Assembly: GCA_051313645.2 (NCBI GenBank)
Contig: JBNRSN020000008.1
Location: 74,400,001-74,464,000, forward strand
Length of the DNA: 64,000 nucleotides
DNA from: Centroscyllium fabricii
Lineage: Eukaryota
Direction of reading: 5' to 3'
The position numbers and the translations under genes are program-made. The notes under the pieces were generated by a model. It saw nothing but the letters and a program-made list of their open reading frames with translations, did no database searches and was not told the origin of the DNA. This document shows positions 24,040 through 37,494 of the stretch, piece after piece (the first letter of the stretch is position 1; each line of letters opens with the position of its first letter).

Positions 24040-25545
24040 GTAATTAGAGAGCACAGCACAAAATACTACTAAATGGTACAATTTTAAAGGGGGTGCAGAA
24101 GCAGAGAGATCTGGGGAATCACATACACAAATCTTAGAAGGTGGCAGGACAAGTTGATAAAGTTGTTTAAAAAAGCATATGCAATCATTGGCTTTATAAA
24201 CAGAGACATAGAGTACAAAAACAATGAAGTTATGCTGAACTTTTATAAATCACTGGTTAGGCTTCAGTTGGAATAATGGGGGCAAAATTGGCTTGCGCAC
24301 AGTTTGAGGCGTTAATCTCAGCGCAGCGCTATCTTTAGCGCCAGCTGATCGCTGGCGCTGTTAGTGCTAAAATTCGCCTGCAGCACCCATAATAGGAGGG
24401 TGGGCACTAAAACGGGAGCCCGCCCTCACTCTTAGAGCGATACGGTCGAAGATCGGGGCGCGGGCGGGTTGCTGCGACAAGGAACGCATAGCGGCAGCCC
24501 GCGTTACTGCAGGCGTTCCTCCCCAATCAAAGGGGAGGGGCCTAGCACGGCTGCGGCCGGAGCCCTGCGGAGCCACCGTGGGATGACATTTATCAGAGGG
24601 AGTCCAGCACTTGAGGGAAGTGGCGGGCTCACAGGTAGGTGGCCTGACACCATGGGGGTAGCGGCAGAGGGGGAAGGCGCGGGCAGTTGGCCAGCAATAA
24701 AAATGGCCGACCGGCACCCTCCCCTTTGAGCAGCGCGCTCCCGCTGCGGTAATGGCCAGAAAAAGCTGGCATGGGCAGCGTCCGCCGAAAACTCAGCAGG
24801 CGTTGCCTAATTTCAGTCGTGGGCGCCTCCCAGGCACTGCGCGGCCTGATGACGTCATTCCTGTCGGCCGGCTGGCCGAGAAATTCAGTGAGGCGCTACC
24901 GGTTACCACCCACCTTAGCGCTCCACTGAATTTCGTGGTAGGCGCAAGCACTGGCGCTAATTGTGTAGCGCCCCATTAGCGCCAGGTGCAGGGTGGCCAA
25001 TTTCTAGCCCATTTTGTCCAATTCTGGGCACCAAACTTTAGGAAGCATATCAAGGCCTTGGAGAGGTTGTAGAGGAGATTTACTAGAATGATACCAGGGA
25101 TGCGGGACTCCAGTTACGTGGAGAGACAAGAAAAGATGAGGTTGTCCTTCTTAGAGCAGAAAAGGTTAAGGGGAGATTTAGTAGATGTGTTCAAAATTAT
25201 GAAGAGTTTTGATAGAGTAAATAAGGATAAACTGTTTCCACTGACAGGCGGGTCGGTAACAAAAGGATACAGCTTTAAGATAATTAGCAAAAGAACTGGG
25301 GGGGTGGCGGGAGACGAGTTTTATTTTTACACAGCAGGTTGTTATGATCTGGGATGCTCTGCCTGAAAGGGTGGTGGCAGCAGATTCAATTGTAATTTTC
25401 AAAAGGGAATTGGATAAATACTTGAAAAGGAAAACATTGCTGAGGCTATGGGGAAAGAGCGGGGGAGTGGGACTAACTGGGTCGCTCTTTCAAAGAGCCG
25501 GCACAGGCACGATGGGCTGAATGGCCTCCTTCGGTTATTCTATAT
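24040..25545 (+). mobile_element. CR1 3' portion interrupted by a MITE at 24278-25010
   Basis: RT C-terminal motifs continue across the insertion (LVRLQLE...VQFWAP, RLRGDL). CR1 tail GGCACAGGCACGATGGGCTGAATGGCCTCC. Confidence 0.75.
24278..25010. mobile_element. GC-rich non-autonomous DNA transposon with AT target duplication
   Basis: Imperfect TIRs GGGGGCAAAATTGGC / GCCAATTTCTAGCCC, flanked by AT on each side. Confidence 0.75.
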
Positions 25546-27124
25546 TGCCATAAATTTACCATGTTGATGTGCCTTACAGCAAAAATGTAATACTTGCGCC
25601 CATCCGAATTTATGGAACTGAAACAACAAATGTGGCTTTTTCACACAAATGTCAACAATTCATTTGAAAATACAATCAACTTGCTGGGTTAAATACTCCT
25701 ACGACCATCATTATTAATTGATGAAACAAATAGTAATTAGGCCAAAACACCCCTGAATCATACTTGCTGGTTTGATGCCCCTTCCAAAATCTTAATTGAA
25801 TGTTCAGACCCCACAGCAACATGAAACAAATCGTTTCACTCTCACTGTTGAGCTCACTCCCAATACAATTACCATTAACAGCCCACATGACATAAAGTGG
25901 AGTGTGAATACTCTAATGCTTTTACAATTCAGATCACAATGAAAGAAAAAATATTTTTATTAGACTTAGTAAAGAATCCACACATGTTGTACATGTGCAA
26001 TAGGGAATACCGATCAGTGGAATACTCAAGTGTAATTCACTTACAAAGAAAATGTTCATTAGTAGCTGGGGGATTAGGTGGTGTGGTGTGGTGGCTCAAC
26101 AGACTGATTTTCAACCTTTGTAAGTTGGGTTCAGATCCAGTTTGGACTAACGACATGCTGGTTATAAAACAATTCTTACATAAAACGACTTGGTGTATTC
26201 CCAACACAGTTCCTAATGGGAGTGGCCCAACAGCTCGAATTTGACAAACCAACACTCCCACACAGAAAGGTAACCTGGATGTCTCGTGTGGGAAATGTAA
26301 ATATTCACAGCCACAGCTCAGGGGTTCTCTTCTGAAGTAGGAACTAAGGCATATTGTTGGAGTAAAGCTTGAATGTTCATTAACCCTGCAATTTTAGTGT
26401 CGGCATGAAGCAATTTTGACGTTGCACCAATAATAAATTTACAGAGTGAATCTGGAGCCTTGGTTCAACCTGACTCTGGAACAAAGTGGAGTGAGATTCC
26501 CTGGTGGATCGAGCTTTATACTCCTTGGGTATCCCCCAAATTGAGTGCAATTGCAGCATGGTATCAAACCTAATTAACCTTAATTTAAAATTTTAGAGAG
26601 CAATATTTTCCCCTGCTCTCTAAATATCTGCACACACATGAACTCAGACATGTACAGAGCTCTCTCCCAAGCAGGATAGCTAAGTGTTCCAGCCAGGTGG
26701 AAGTCTAGCAAAATAAATAGTCCTGCCGGATGTAGTACAAGGGTGTGTTTACACTACAAGTTTAGTGTAGGTACAAAGTGGTTTCAGCTTCCTACTGACA
26801 CTAAATTTGCACAGAATAAATCCAGTGTTAAGGCCAGATCTGGTTCAAGAGTGAAGCAGACCGAGGCTCCCTCCATTTTGTTCCAGTTGGGTCCTGACTC
26901 CAGATTCAGGGTGCATTCTCACTATAATTGCAGCATTGATGCAAAATGGTTTTGCTTTGCACAAATGCTACATTGTATAATATAAGAGGAGGACATTTCA
27001 GCTAGCTGGGAATAAGGAGACTCGTGAGTTACCACTGTCTTCCGGAGCTTATTTGAGTGCCCTAGGGATTAGAATGGAAGTATTTTTTTCCTAAATTGGC
27101 TAGAAACTGTCTCTTAGGAGATAT

Positions 27125-28023
27125 TGGGCCCTGTTTTCCTGTGGCCCGATTGCTGCGGGTGCGCGCTCACGTGCACCCGCGGCGCACGCGCACGTAATTT
27201 TTTTTTTTCTGACGGCAATTTCCTGTGGAAAATGCCGGGTTTTTTTCCAGCGTAGGGGTCTGGTTTTTTTTGGTGCGTGGTGCAAGCCACGCCCACTGAG
27301 GTCGGCTTTCCCCCCGCACAAAGCACAGAATCGGCCTGAGGATAAAGAATATCGGGTAGGAAGCACCTTTTTTTTGTTTTTTTAAAGTTTCTAGGAAGCT
27401 GTTTTTTTTAAGTTTCTGCCTTTTCTGCTGTTAGGGTGTTTTTTTTTGCTCCAAGTGAAAAAAACACGTTTAAAGTTGGTTTTTTTTGATTCCTTTGCAA
27501 ATATTTGTCTGTGGTCTTTCAGCTTGTAAATGGGTAGGGTTTTTTATTTTTTGGTGAAAGTGAAAAAAAAACGGGTTTTGAACGCGATGTCAGCAGCTGT
27601 GATGGCCATCAGAGCTGCTGACATCGCGTTCAAAACCCTTTTTTTTTTCACTTTCACCAAAAAATAAAAAACCCTACCCATTTATAAGCTGAAAGACCAC
27701 AGACAAATATCTGCAAAGGAATCAAAAAAAACCTTAACTTTAAATGTGTTTTTTTCACTTCTCAAAGCTGCCTGCAGCCCTCTAAGACTGCTTTTTAAAT
27801 GTGCAGCAAAAGAGAGACTTGCCCACGTGATGCACACGCATTTTGAGCAGCTGCCACAGGAAATCTGCAGCTCAGTCTTCCTGGGTAGGAAGCTGAAGCC
27901 CCTTGCCCATCAGCACAGGAAATTCACGTTTCTGGTAATCACCCGAGCTGCACCCCCACGAGGCATTTCTGACCCCCCTTCGTGGGGGTGCAGCTCTTCT
28001 GGAGCACAGGAAAACAGGGCCCT
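27125..28023. mobile_element. Palindromic MITE with a ~300-bp internal inverted repeat
   Basis: TIRs GGGCCCTGTTTTCCTGTG / CACAGGAAAACAGGGCCC, AT flanks. Second copy in the opposite orientation at 50167-51081. Confidence 0.85.
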
Positions 28024-28447
28024 ATATAACTGTGGGTGGGGGTGGGAGTTATGGGGGAAGTTGAGAATTGTACACGGCTGCACCACATCTGGATGTTGTG
28101 GTCTTGATGGACCAGATGATTTCGTCCACTTCCTTTTTTGCATGTCCAAATACGTATTGTATAAATGTTGCCTAATTCTGCATTTGGTTATGTTACACCC
28201 AACGTGCTGCTTCTGCCACTGGAAGTCTGAAAATTCAAAACGGATTAATTTTTGAGTACTAACATCCCTCACTTCAAAGAGAACAGAAACAATCAAATAA
28301 AAGTATTATTTGTCAGTAATTGAGTCAACTAAATATTACAACGTTCCCCTTTAAGTATCCATTAAATCTCCAGTGATAGCAAATTCCAGCAATCTCACCT
28401 TGTTCAAAAGGCTCATTCACATTTACAGTGTTTGTGAGTTATAGGTA

Positions 28448-28587
28448 CTTTACACTTGAAACATGTCATAACTCTCCATCATGGGCAAGCTATTGTACAT
28501 TTATGCAATGAAAGCTTTACACATGAAATATGTCATAACTCTCCATCATGGGCAATGTATTGTGAATTTATTTATTCAATGAAAGCT
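28448..28587. repeat. Two-copy tandem duplication, ~67-bp unit
   Basis: CTTTACAC..GAAA.ATGTCATAACTCTCCATCATGGGCAA..TATTGT...CAATGAAAG occurs twice in tandem. Confidence 0.85.
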
Positions 28588-31500
28588 AAATGGAAATTAA
28601 ACATTTGTTTGAAAGATTACACCATATTTCTTATAGTGGGTTATCAATGGATGGATGTTCTTTGTGTACCCAATATTTATCCTCTAGCACAGTCATAATA
28701 GCCAAATATAACCAGTTTAAAATAATGCAGAATTGAAATTTGTTATCAAATGGAATAGGCTGAGGTAAACAATAAGGTTAGTTATGTCAGACTTTGCATA
28801 TGATAGAAATCGCAATATCAGTGTAATGGCGGAACTTAGGAGATATGCCTTTAATCAGGGATATATATTTATTGATGTCCATAATTTACACTGTACTTGA
28901 ATATGAATTGTTCTGAGAGGACCATAACAAACGATTTAAAATATATGAAATTACCGCGGTGATATTGGTAGTTTGCAGTATTTTTATTTCAAGGTACTGA
29001 CCTGAAGTCCTTTGTGTTTGACAAACAGTTTACTCCTGATAATCTAAAGATATTTTGCACTAAAATGTGAATTATTCATTAGCACTATATTCCTGCTTAA
29101 TTCAGGTTAAACAATTGAATTCAGATCGATTTTTAATTACGAGTAGACTCTAAATGATGCTAGTTTCCCATGTAAGAATAGGACTTGATTACACATTGCA
29201 TAAATATTTACGTCTGGCTGCCCCAGCCTTGGTAAAGTAATTATCGGTCAATAGGAAACAAGATTTCTAATCAATTCATTTCTTTATTAACAACGACTAA
29301 ATGCAATAAACACACAGATTAGTAATACTAGAAACAACATAATGCTTCTCTTTGTAGGGTCGGCTCGACAGGATTTAACAGATGCGGCAGGATCAGCTTC
29401 TTGCACAGTTTAATCAAACCAATCTTTGGCAGTCTGAAGCTGCGGTAAAGCAGAGTTCACCCAGAGCCCTTGGGATCCTCTCCTGGCCGCTGCTATCCAA
29501 AATTCCAAGGAAGTTCGCTATCCGAGATTCCCCGCTCTCTGGATATTGGTTTTGTTAATATGTTACGGGAGTTCTTGAATACCTATTAAACTGGCAATGC
29601 ATTCAGCATATACAATTCAATTCTTAATACGCCAGTAGAATACAGTAGTTAATCTCACGCCATATGAATACATAAATATTGTAATCCGTTGCGCTTCAGT
29701 CTATATAATTATTTAATACAAGATCAAAGCCTGTTCTCTATGCAAACCCTTTCCCACTACAGAAAGTCCGGCTGCAGTCTCCATCTCTACTTTGGCCACC
29801 TGTGAACGCATCAGGTTTTCTGGTCGAGAACCTCGATTCCTTTTCTTTTCATGTAACAATGTAGACTCAGGCCCCATACCCCAGCTTTCACCGGAAGAAA
29901 TTGGGATCGTTTTATTTATATGATCTAGATTTTTTTATAGAAAGAAAACTTTTACTTCTTACTTTGAATCGCATATGTCGGGACAAAATTCTCTCTTCAC
30001 TGGTTGTTGATCTTGAAATACTGAGTTACTTGCATTAAATTTCTTCAACGGTGCTCGAATGTATTTTGTGAATGTATTAAATCGTTTTCATTTGCGACTA
30101 AGCACATCGCACTGGATGTTGCACCGGTTGCAGTCGACTGTTTATCGTGAATGAAATGTGGGCTTGGACCAGGGATGAGGACCTTCTTGCGGAAAACTGT
30201 CATTTATTTTACAAGAAGTTCTATTCCAATATTCACTTACAGAAATAAGGAGAGAAGGGGAAAAACTAAAAGGAACAACGTACAAAAGAGCAAGGACGCA
30301 GATTAAATCGAAAATGAAATGAGTGGAATGATGAAAAACAACTGAGTCAAAAACAGAGGAGAAAATGAGCAATCCAGCAGGAATCAATTCTGTAAGGAGC
30401 AGACAGCACAAGGAACAATAACTATATTCAATAGCATTGAGGTACATTCAATAGAAAAGCAATGGTTGCAGACGTTTTCATTTCTTTCACTAGCACCCAG
30501 CAGTGGGAGACTTGAGGCGGAGCACAATAGAATCATTGACAGCCGATGCAAGGGGGAGATTAGTGCTCACTGTGTAGGTGGATAAACAAAAGGCCAATTA
30601 AACCAATAGAGCAATCCACAATACAGCAGCAATTTGAGGGGAAAACGGTTCAACAAAAACGCAAAACATTAATTGCAATATATAAACCTTTCAATACCAA
30701 ACCGCTCAGTCGTAACTAGGCACTACTAGCTGGGGCAAATCATAGAAGATAGGAGCAGGAGTAGGCCATTCAGCCCTTCGAGCCTGCTCCGCCATTCAAT
30801 GAGATCATGGCTGATCTTTAGCAAGCTAGTACCCCGTCCCCGCCTTTTCTCCATAACCTTTAATACTAAGAAACAAAATATTTATTGGCAACTCAATACC
30901 AAATAAATTAGCGCCAGCATTTTTATATATTTTCCTGTGCTTTTTGTACCACTCTTTAGTACAGAGCAAGATATTCATTTTAAATGAATCTAGAATCGTG
31001 GACTAATATAAGTGGGTCATTATAAAATAATAAGTTGGTGCCATACAATACTAATATAATGCAGCCCCAGGAAAAATATAATTATTTCCCACAATTTGTA
31101 TGGAAATTGAGAAGTTAGTTATATTCTTACTTGGAACCCGTGTCTTTGTACATGCAGAAAGGTAACATAGGAATAGAAGAAAGCTTGGAAAAGTAAAGAC
31201 CAGTCAATTGCGCCCATTTTTCAACAGATCAACGCTCTTTCATGATTTTATCCAATTAATGTTGTCACCTTTGGACAAGATATTAAACCCAGGTCTGGGC
31301 CATTTGCTCTGGTGGTACCAATGGATGTTAAAAATCATGGCCCAATTTGAAGAGGTGGAGGAGGCTCTCCCAGGTTACTGGCCAATATTACTCCTTCAAC
31401 CAACACAGCAAAAGTAGTTTGCTATTTATGAGATCCTGCTATGTGAAAAATGGCTGGCACGTTTGCCGACGTAACAGGCATAGAAGTTGAAAAAATGATT

Positions 31501-32885
31501 ACATCTGAAGGGCCTTGAGATGTTCTTCAAAGACAGGATATTGCATAAATGCAGCGTCATTTTTCCTAAAGGTTTTACAAAGTTTACCTTTGCCTTCCAT
31601 CTGTAAATGGACAAACTGCAGAACATGAATCAAATTTTGCACCCTACATTATTCTTTCTTGACTAGTTGTTTGCACGGTCTTGATGTTGCTATGTTTTCA
31701 GCATCTCAGAAACCATTGTTAGATGCAGCATTGAAAAGGTCACATTGAGTATTCACGATGTGCTGACACTCCTTAACCCTGGCCCCATCTGGATAATCAT
31801 TCAGGATTATTTTTAAATAAAGATGTTAATCAACAAAACATTAACTTTTATCTTATTCTATCTTCTTCAACCAATTTTCTACTGTTCCCTCAAAACTGGA
31901 CTAATTGCTGGATTAGAGTGCCAGAGACTCTGCAATACCTTATCTAAGGGGCGATTCTTTACCTAGGCAGGCTAGTCAGGGCTATGGGGAACATTTAGTA
32001 GTCAGACTTGCCAATTTTAAACTGGAGTCATTATTTGCTGCTTGTGGAAAAAAAATAAGAGAAAACAATTCCACATTTTCTTTTGTAAAGTAAAGCTCTA
32101 GTTAGGAAAATACTGTACCTACAAAGTAGTGCAATAAAACCTCCTTTATAGTTCTGTAAAAAAATAGAATACTACTGAACTGATCAGTAACACTGTAGGA
32201 GCAGTCTGTGCAGTGATCCATTCAAAGATAATTGGAGACATACATTCATTGTTGAGTGCTGGGAGTTTTGTTTCTTAGTCAATACAACTAAAGTGGATTT
32301 GGCTACCATCTTTTCCAGACTATTTTGCTCCTGTTACTCAAACCAAACTTTTATTTGGGAAGCATTTGTATTCTAAGTGTTAAATATCAAATAACTAAAG
32401 TTAACATTTAATATATTTGATGCAGTTGCTGATGTATTTTGAATGATTCACAAGTAACTCCACACCTCTATTTTCTAGGACTGATTTATTGATGTTGGTT
32501 TGCTGTTAATAGATCTCGAACAGCATTAGCATAGTACCACCCATAGCCTGGATGGAAATGAAAGAGCTCTCTGTAATTATCCTAATTGAAAAGTCCATAA
32601 AATTGCTCCTTTGATATTACACTCATTAAATCTCACTCAATCAGAAAAACAGACCCATCTGACTGGCAGCATCACAACAAAGAACAGATGATATTATAAG
32701 GTCATAGGACAATGGCCCATTTCAAATATGCTTCACCTTCTGTGACTGATAATTCAAGTTTTTTATAAATATAACACATGAAGCAGGGTACTGAGTGGAT
32801 GCAATATTATATTTTAGTGCTTAGCCCACCATATTGATTAGTGACCTAGAAACAGATGAATACTTGGGTTCTATTAATCATTATA

Positions 32886-33340
32886 CATAGAAAATAGGTG
32901 CAGGAGTAGACCATTCGGCCCTTCGAGCCTGCACCGCCATTCAACACGTTCATGGCTGAACATGCTACATCAGTACCTCATTCCTGCTTTCTCACCAAAT
33001 CCCTTGATTCCCCCTAGTTGTAAGTATTACATCTAACTCCCTTTTGAATATATTTAGCGAACTGGCCTCAACAACTTTCTGTGGTAGAGAATTCCACAGG
33101 TTCACCACTCTCTGGGTGAAGAAGTTTCTCCTCATCTCAGTTCTAAATGGCTTACCCCTTATCCTTAGTCTGTGTGCCCTGATTCTGGACTTCCCCAACA
33201 TTGGGAACATTCTGTCCGCATCTAACCTGTCTAAACCGGTCAGTATTTTAAACGTTTCTATGAGATCCCCCCTCATTCTTCTGAACACCAGAGAGTACAA
33301 GTTCAGTTGATCCAGTCTTTCTTGATATACATATTCCCAG
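32886..33340 (-). mobile_element. CR1 3' end
   Basis: ORF 32992-33357 (RRMRGDLIETFKI...RRNFFTQRVVNLWNSLP) plus CR1 tail. Confidence 0.9.
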
Positions 33341-34819
33341 GGTGGCCGGACTGACATGTCAATTTTATATTATGGTGAAGTCAAAGAATAAAATTAGAAT
33401 GGGATTAGAATAGACAGGGCTTGATGGCCGGCGCGGACGCGATGGGCCGAAGGGCCTCTTTCTGTGCTGTATAACTCTATCGGGGATAAATTTGGTGGCT
33501 TGCGCCTGCTGTTCGCACCCTAAGAGGGCGCAAGGCACTTAGCGCCTGGGCTGCCGCCTCCCGCGATATTCAATTGAGGCGCTGACGTGGGCGGTAGCTA
33601 GTAGCGTCCCATTGAATATTAGACACTGTTCGCCGCCGGGGATGATGTCATGAGCGCAGGGCGACCGTCTCGCGCTCAAGGGATCGAAATTGAGTAGCAC
33701 CCGCCGACTTTCGGGCGGACGCTGCCCGCGACAGCTTCAGTCTGTCATTACTGCAGCGGGGGAGTGCTGCTTCAAGGGGAGGGGGGGGGGGGGGGGGGAA
33801 GAGGAGGGAAACCGGTTGAGGTTGGCCTCTCATCTCAGGCTTGAGGGGATGTGGATGGAGTGCTAACGGTAAGATGAGTGGCACAAGACCAAAGGGTAGA
33901 GCAGGATACAGGGGTTGAGTAAAGAGGAATAGGCAAAGGTAGAAATAGCTTCTCTTCCCATTCCACTTTGTTACCTCCGAAGTGCCCCAAGGATCTATTC
34001 TTAGCCCCCTCCTATTCCTCACCTGCATGATGTCCCTTGGCAGTTGAAGTTGACCTTTTGCAGCCTTGGTATCCTATCTGACCCTGACCTGAGGCCCCCA
34101 TACCCTCTCCATCACAAAGACTGAAACATCACCCATCTTTACCCCTGCTCAGCTAATCTTCTGCCACCCACAGCTTCATCATCTCCAGGCTGGACTATTT
34201 CAATGCTCTTCTGACCGGCCTACCATCCTCCATAAACTTCAGCTCAGCCAAACCGCTTCTGTCCATATCCTAACTCGCACCAGATCCTGCGCACCCAACA
34301 CCCCTATACTTGATGCAGTCCAGTCAGATCTGCTGATAGATGGATAAAATAAGTTGGGTGCCAGATACGCTGAAGTCTGAATCCCTTGGATTTTAGGTTG
34401 TGACCATACCAAAGGATCCAAGAGTCTCAGGACTTGTGAACAGAAAAAAGTATCGACATTTTTTGGGCAACATTGGAGAGGGGGGTTCATGGAAAATTGG
34501 GGCAGGTCCTGGGATCACCTTGAGTGATCTTGGAATCTGAGGACAGTGGGAGGATGGTCTTGGAGTGCGAGATGGCCCTGGGATCAGGGGGAAATGGGAA
34601 CGTGGTCTAGACATTAGTGCGCACTAAGAGGGGTCTTGGGATTTTGAGTATTGGGGAAGTCTAATATTGGGAGTTGCTGGCATCTGGCAGTATCGGGGAG
34701 CAGGTGAAAGGGACCCAAAGTACCATTGGCCCCTTTTGATCCATTATGCCTCAACCATACTCCTCCCCTGACTTGTCTGTAGTCCCTTTTGCACGAACAA
34801 GATCTACCACACAAGCCGC

Positions 34820-35625
34820 CCAGCACCACATTCCCCATGATCAATTGGTTCCTATCTTTATGCTGCGGTATCAAAGCAGCGCCTCGATTTCAAAGTTCAC
34901 ATCCCGGTTTTCAAATCCCTCCATGGCCTCGCCCCTCCCTACCTCTGTAATCTCCTTCAACACCACAATGCCCCCCCAAGTTAACTGCACTCCTCTAATT
35001 CTGCCCCCTTGAGCATTCCTGATTATAATTGCTCAACTTTTGGTGGCCGTGCCTTCTGTTGCATAGAATGATAGAAGGTAGGAGTAGGCCATTCGGCCCT
35101 TCGAGCCTGCTCTGCCATTCAATGAGATCATGGCTGATCATCCTAACCCAGTACCCTGTCCCTGCCTTGTCCCCATATCCGTCGATCCCTATCGAGCCTG
35201 CACCGATACATATCCCACCCTATCCCCGTAACCCCATATATTCAATCCCCCTAACACTAAGGGTCAATTTTTCATGGCCAATCAACCTAACCCGCACATC
35301 TTTGGACTGTGGGAAGAAACCGGAGCACCCGGAGGAAACCCACGCAGACACGGGGATAGTACCCGAGGCCGGATTGAACCTGGGTCTCCAGTGCTGTGAG
35401 GCAACAGTGCTAACCACTATGCTACCCTGCCTAAACCTCTCCGCCTCACTACTTTTCTTTTCTCCTTTAAGACACTCCTTAAAATCTAGCTTTGACCAAG
35501 CTTTTGGTCATCTGCCTATATTGATCCTTGTGGCTCGGTGTCAAATTTTTTGTCTTAAAATACTTGCAGCGCCATGGGATATTTTACTATGTTAAAGGTG
35601 CTATACAAATACAAGTTGTTGTTGT
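34820..35625 (+). mobile_element. L2-type LINE 3' end containing a V-SINE insertion
   Basis: Typical L2 tail ...CTCCTTAAAA...TTTGACCAAGCTTTTGGTCA...TGTTAAAGGTGCTATACAAATACAAGTTGTTGTTG. Confidence 0.6.
35062..35431 (-). mobile_element. HE1-like V-SINE with an internal deletion
   Basis: Reverse complement has the tRNA head, part of the V-domain and the composite tail seen at 37104-37494. Confidence 0.85.
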
Positions 35626-37103
35626 TATCACTAAGACAATGACTTTGGGAGTGGGGTGCAGAACACCCTGTTCCTATAAAACCTTAGAATTAGCAAAAGC
35701 AACACCACAGGAGTTCCACTAGTATAAAATAAAAGACTATAACCACTAGTGTGCACAAGGGTGCAATGCAATTGCTTTTAATTTAATGCTGGCATTTCAT
35801 AGAGATATAAAAGGTGGCTCAGGTGGTTAATGCAACAATGAATCAGTGCAATTGAGTCTTGGTACAATGCTGTTCTTTGTCTGGGCCGACATCAGAAACC
35901 AAAAATATTACCAGAGTACCACTATATTTTGTATAACAAAAAGAAAACAGAACCCCACCCAATAAACGTTAAATGTTTTGTTGGAAGAATCTTTCATTTC
36001 CATAAATACAATAGTCAATTGTACTTGACATCCATTTTAATATTTCTTTTTTGTATTGTTTTCTTCTGTAATACTGAAATTAAATAAATCAATTATTTTT
36101 CCAGTAAAAATTAACTTTGCTATCCCTAGCTGCAACACAATTCAAAATGTTTATTATTTGCTTGTGATTTTCCCTGGTTTACTTACTCCTGCTACCTTTA
36201 TTAAACAGTTCTGCCTCAATTTCCTTTGGCCCCAATTTAAGTGACATTAAACGAATATGATTGACTGTCATCAACAATGGACAAATTATGATTCTTTTCA
36301 CCTCTAATTTAATTAATACAGGTTGTGGATTCTTATATGACTGTAAAGTCTAATTTTCAAGAGAAACATTTTCCCCACACAGGACATCAGATGCCAGGTT
36401 GACCAAAGGGCTGATCTTTGATTTCCTTTGGCCTTTTTCCAGCTAACTAGATACTACTTGCTTCAAGCTTTGTCGTACCATCGTGAATGATCATTTGCCA
36501 CTATCCTGTCACAAGCAGCATGCGCTCATGTGTCAGTTGAGATGCCACAGATTGGTCTTCAGGCAATCCTTACCTATTTTGAACTGACCAAAACACTCTT
36601 TACCGAGCTTCAGCTCACTGAAGAATACCTTCTTGGTTAAAAAAAATCCTATCAGTCATTTGGACTGAGTGACTGCCAAACTTAGCTGTGCCTTTAGCAT
36701 CATCGCCTCTATACCTGGCATATTTGCTTTCCTGAGGACCTTGGAGCCTTGTGCCACTATCAAATTTTGATGATCTTTGAGGCAACCACCCAGATGGAAA
36801 TGAGTTTTCCGATGTGGCAATTGTAAATGGTCCACCTATTACATACATACAGCAGGAATGTTATAAGTACTGCCTTGTAAACCAGTTTTACTGGCCGTTT
36901 AGTGCCCCTTTTATCCCATAACCTCAACAGAGCCTTCCAAAAGCACGACTGGCTTTATAGTCTGAGGCTCACTTCATCATTTAGGAGCACATCACATGAC
37001 CTGGCATTCTCTCGATAGACACACCTATCTACTATAGCCAGTGTGCCCTTTGATGGCATTATTGGGTGATGCACAAGGTTTTCCAGGGGCAGGCTGGTAT
37101 ATT

Positions 37104-37494
37104 GCACAGTGGCAAAGTGGTTAGCACTGTTGCCTCACAGCTCTGGAGACCCGGGTTCAAATCCAGCCTCGGGTACTATCTGTGTGGAGTTTGCACATTC
37201 TCCCCGTGTCTGCGTGGGTTCCCTCCGGGTGCTCCGGTTTCCTCCCACAGTCCAAAGATGTGCGGGGTTAGGTTGATTGGCCATGATAAATTGACCCTTA
37301 GTGTTAGGGGGATTAAATATGTGGGGTTACGGGGATAGGGTGGGATATGTGTCGGTGCAGGCTCGATAGGGATATGGGGACAAGGCAGGGACAGGGTGCT
37401 GGGTTTGGATGATCAGCCATGATCTCATTAAAATGGCAGAGCAGGCTCGAAGGGCCGAATGGCCTACTCCTGCTCCTATCTTCTATGTTTCTAT
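37104..37494 (+). mobile_element. Full-length HE1-like tRNA-derived V-SINE
   Basis: Pol III A box TGGCAAAGTGG (37110-37120), B box GGTTCAAATCC (37154-37164), V-domain TGTGTGGAGTTTGCACATTCTCCCCGTGTCTGCGTGGG...CTCCCACAGTCCAAAGA, CR1-derived tail. Confidence 0.9.

Noticed and set aside
37104-37175. tRNA gene
   Set aside because: The A and B boxes belong to the tRNA-derived head of a V-SINE that continues into the V-domain and LINE tail.
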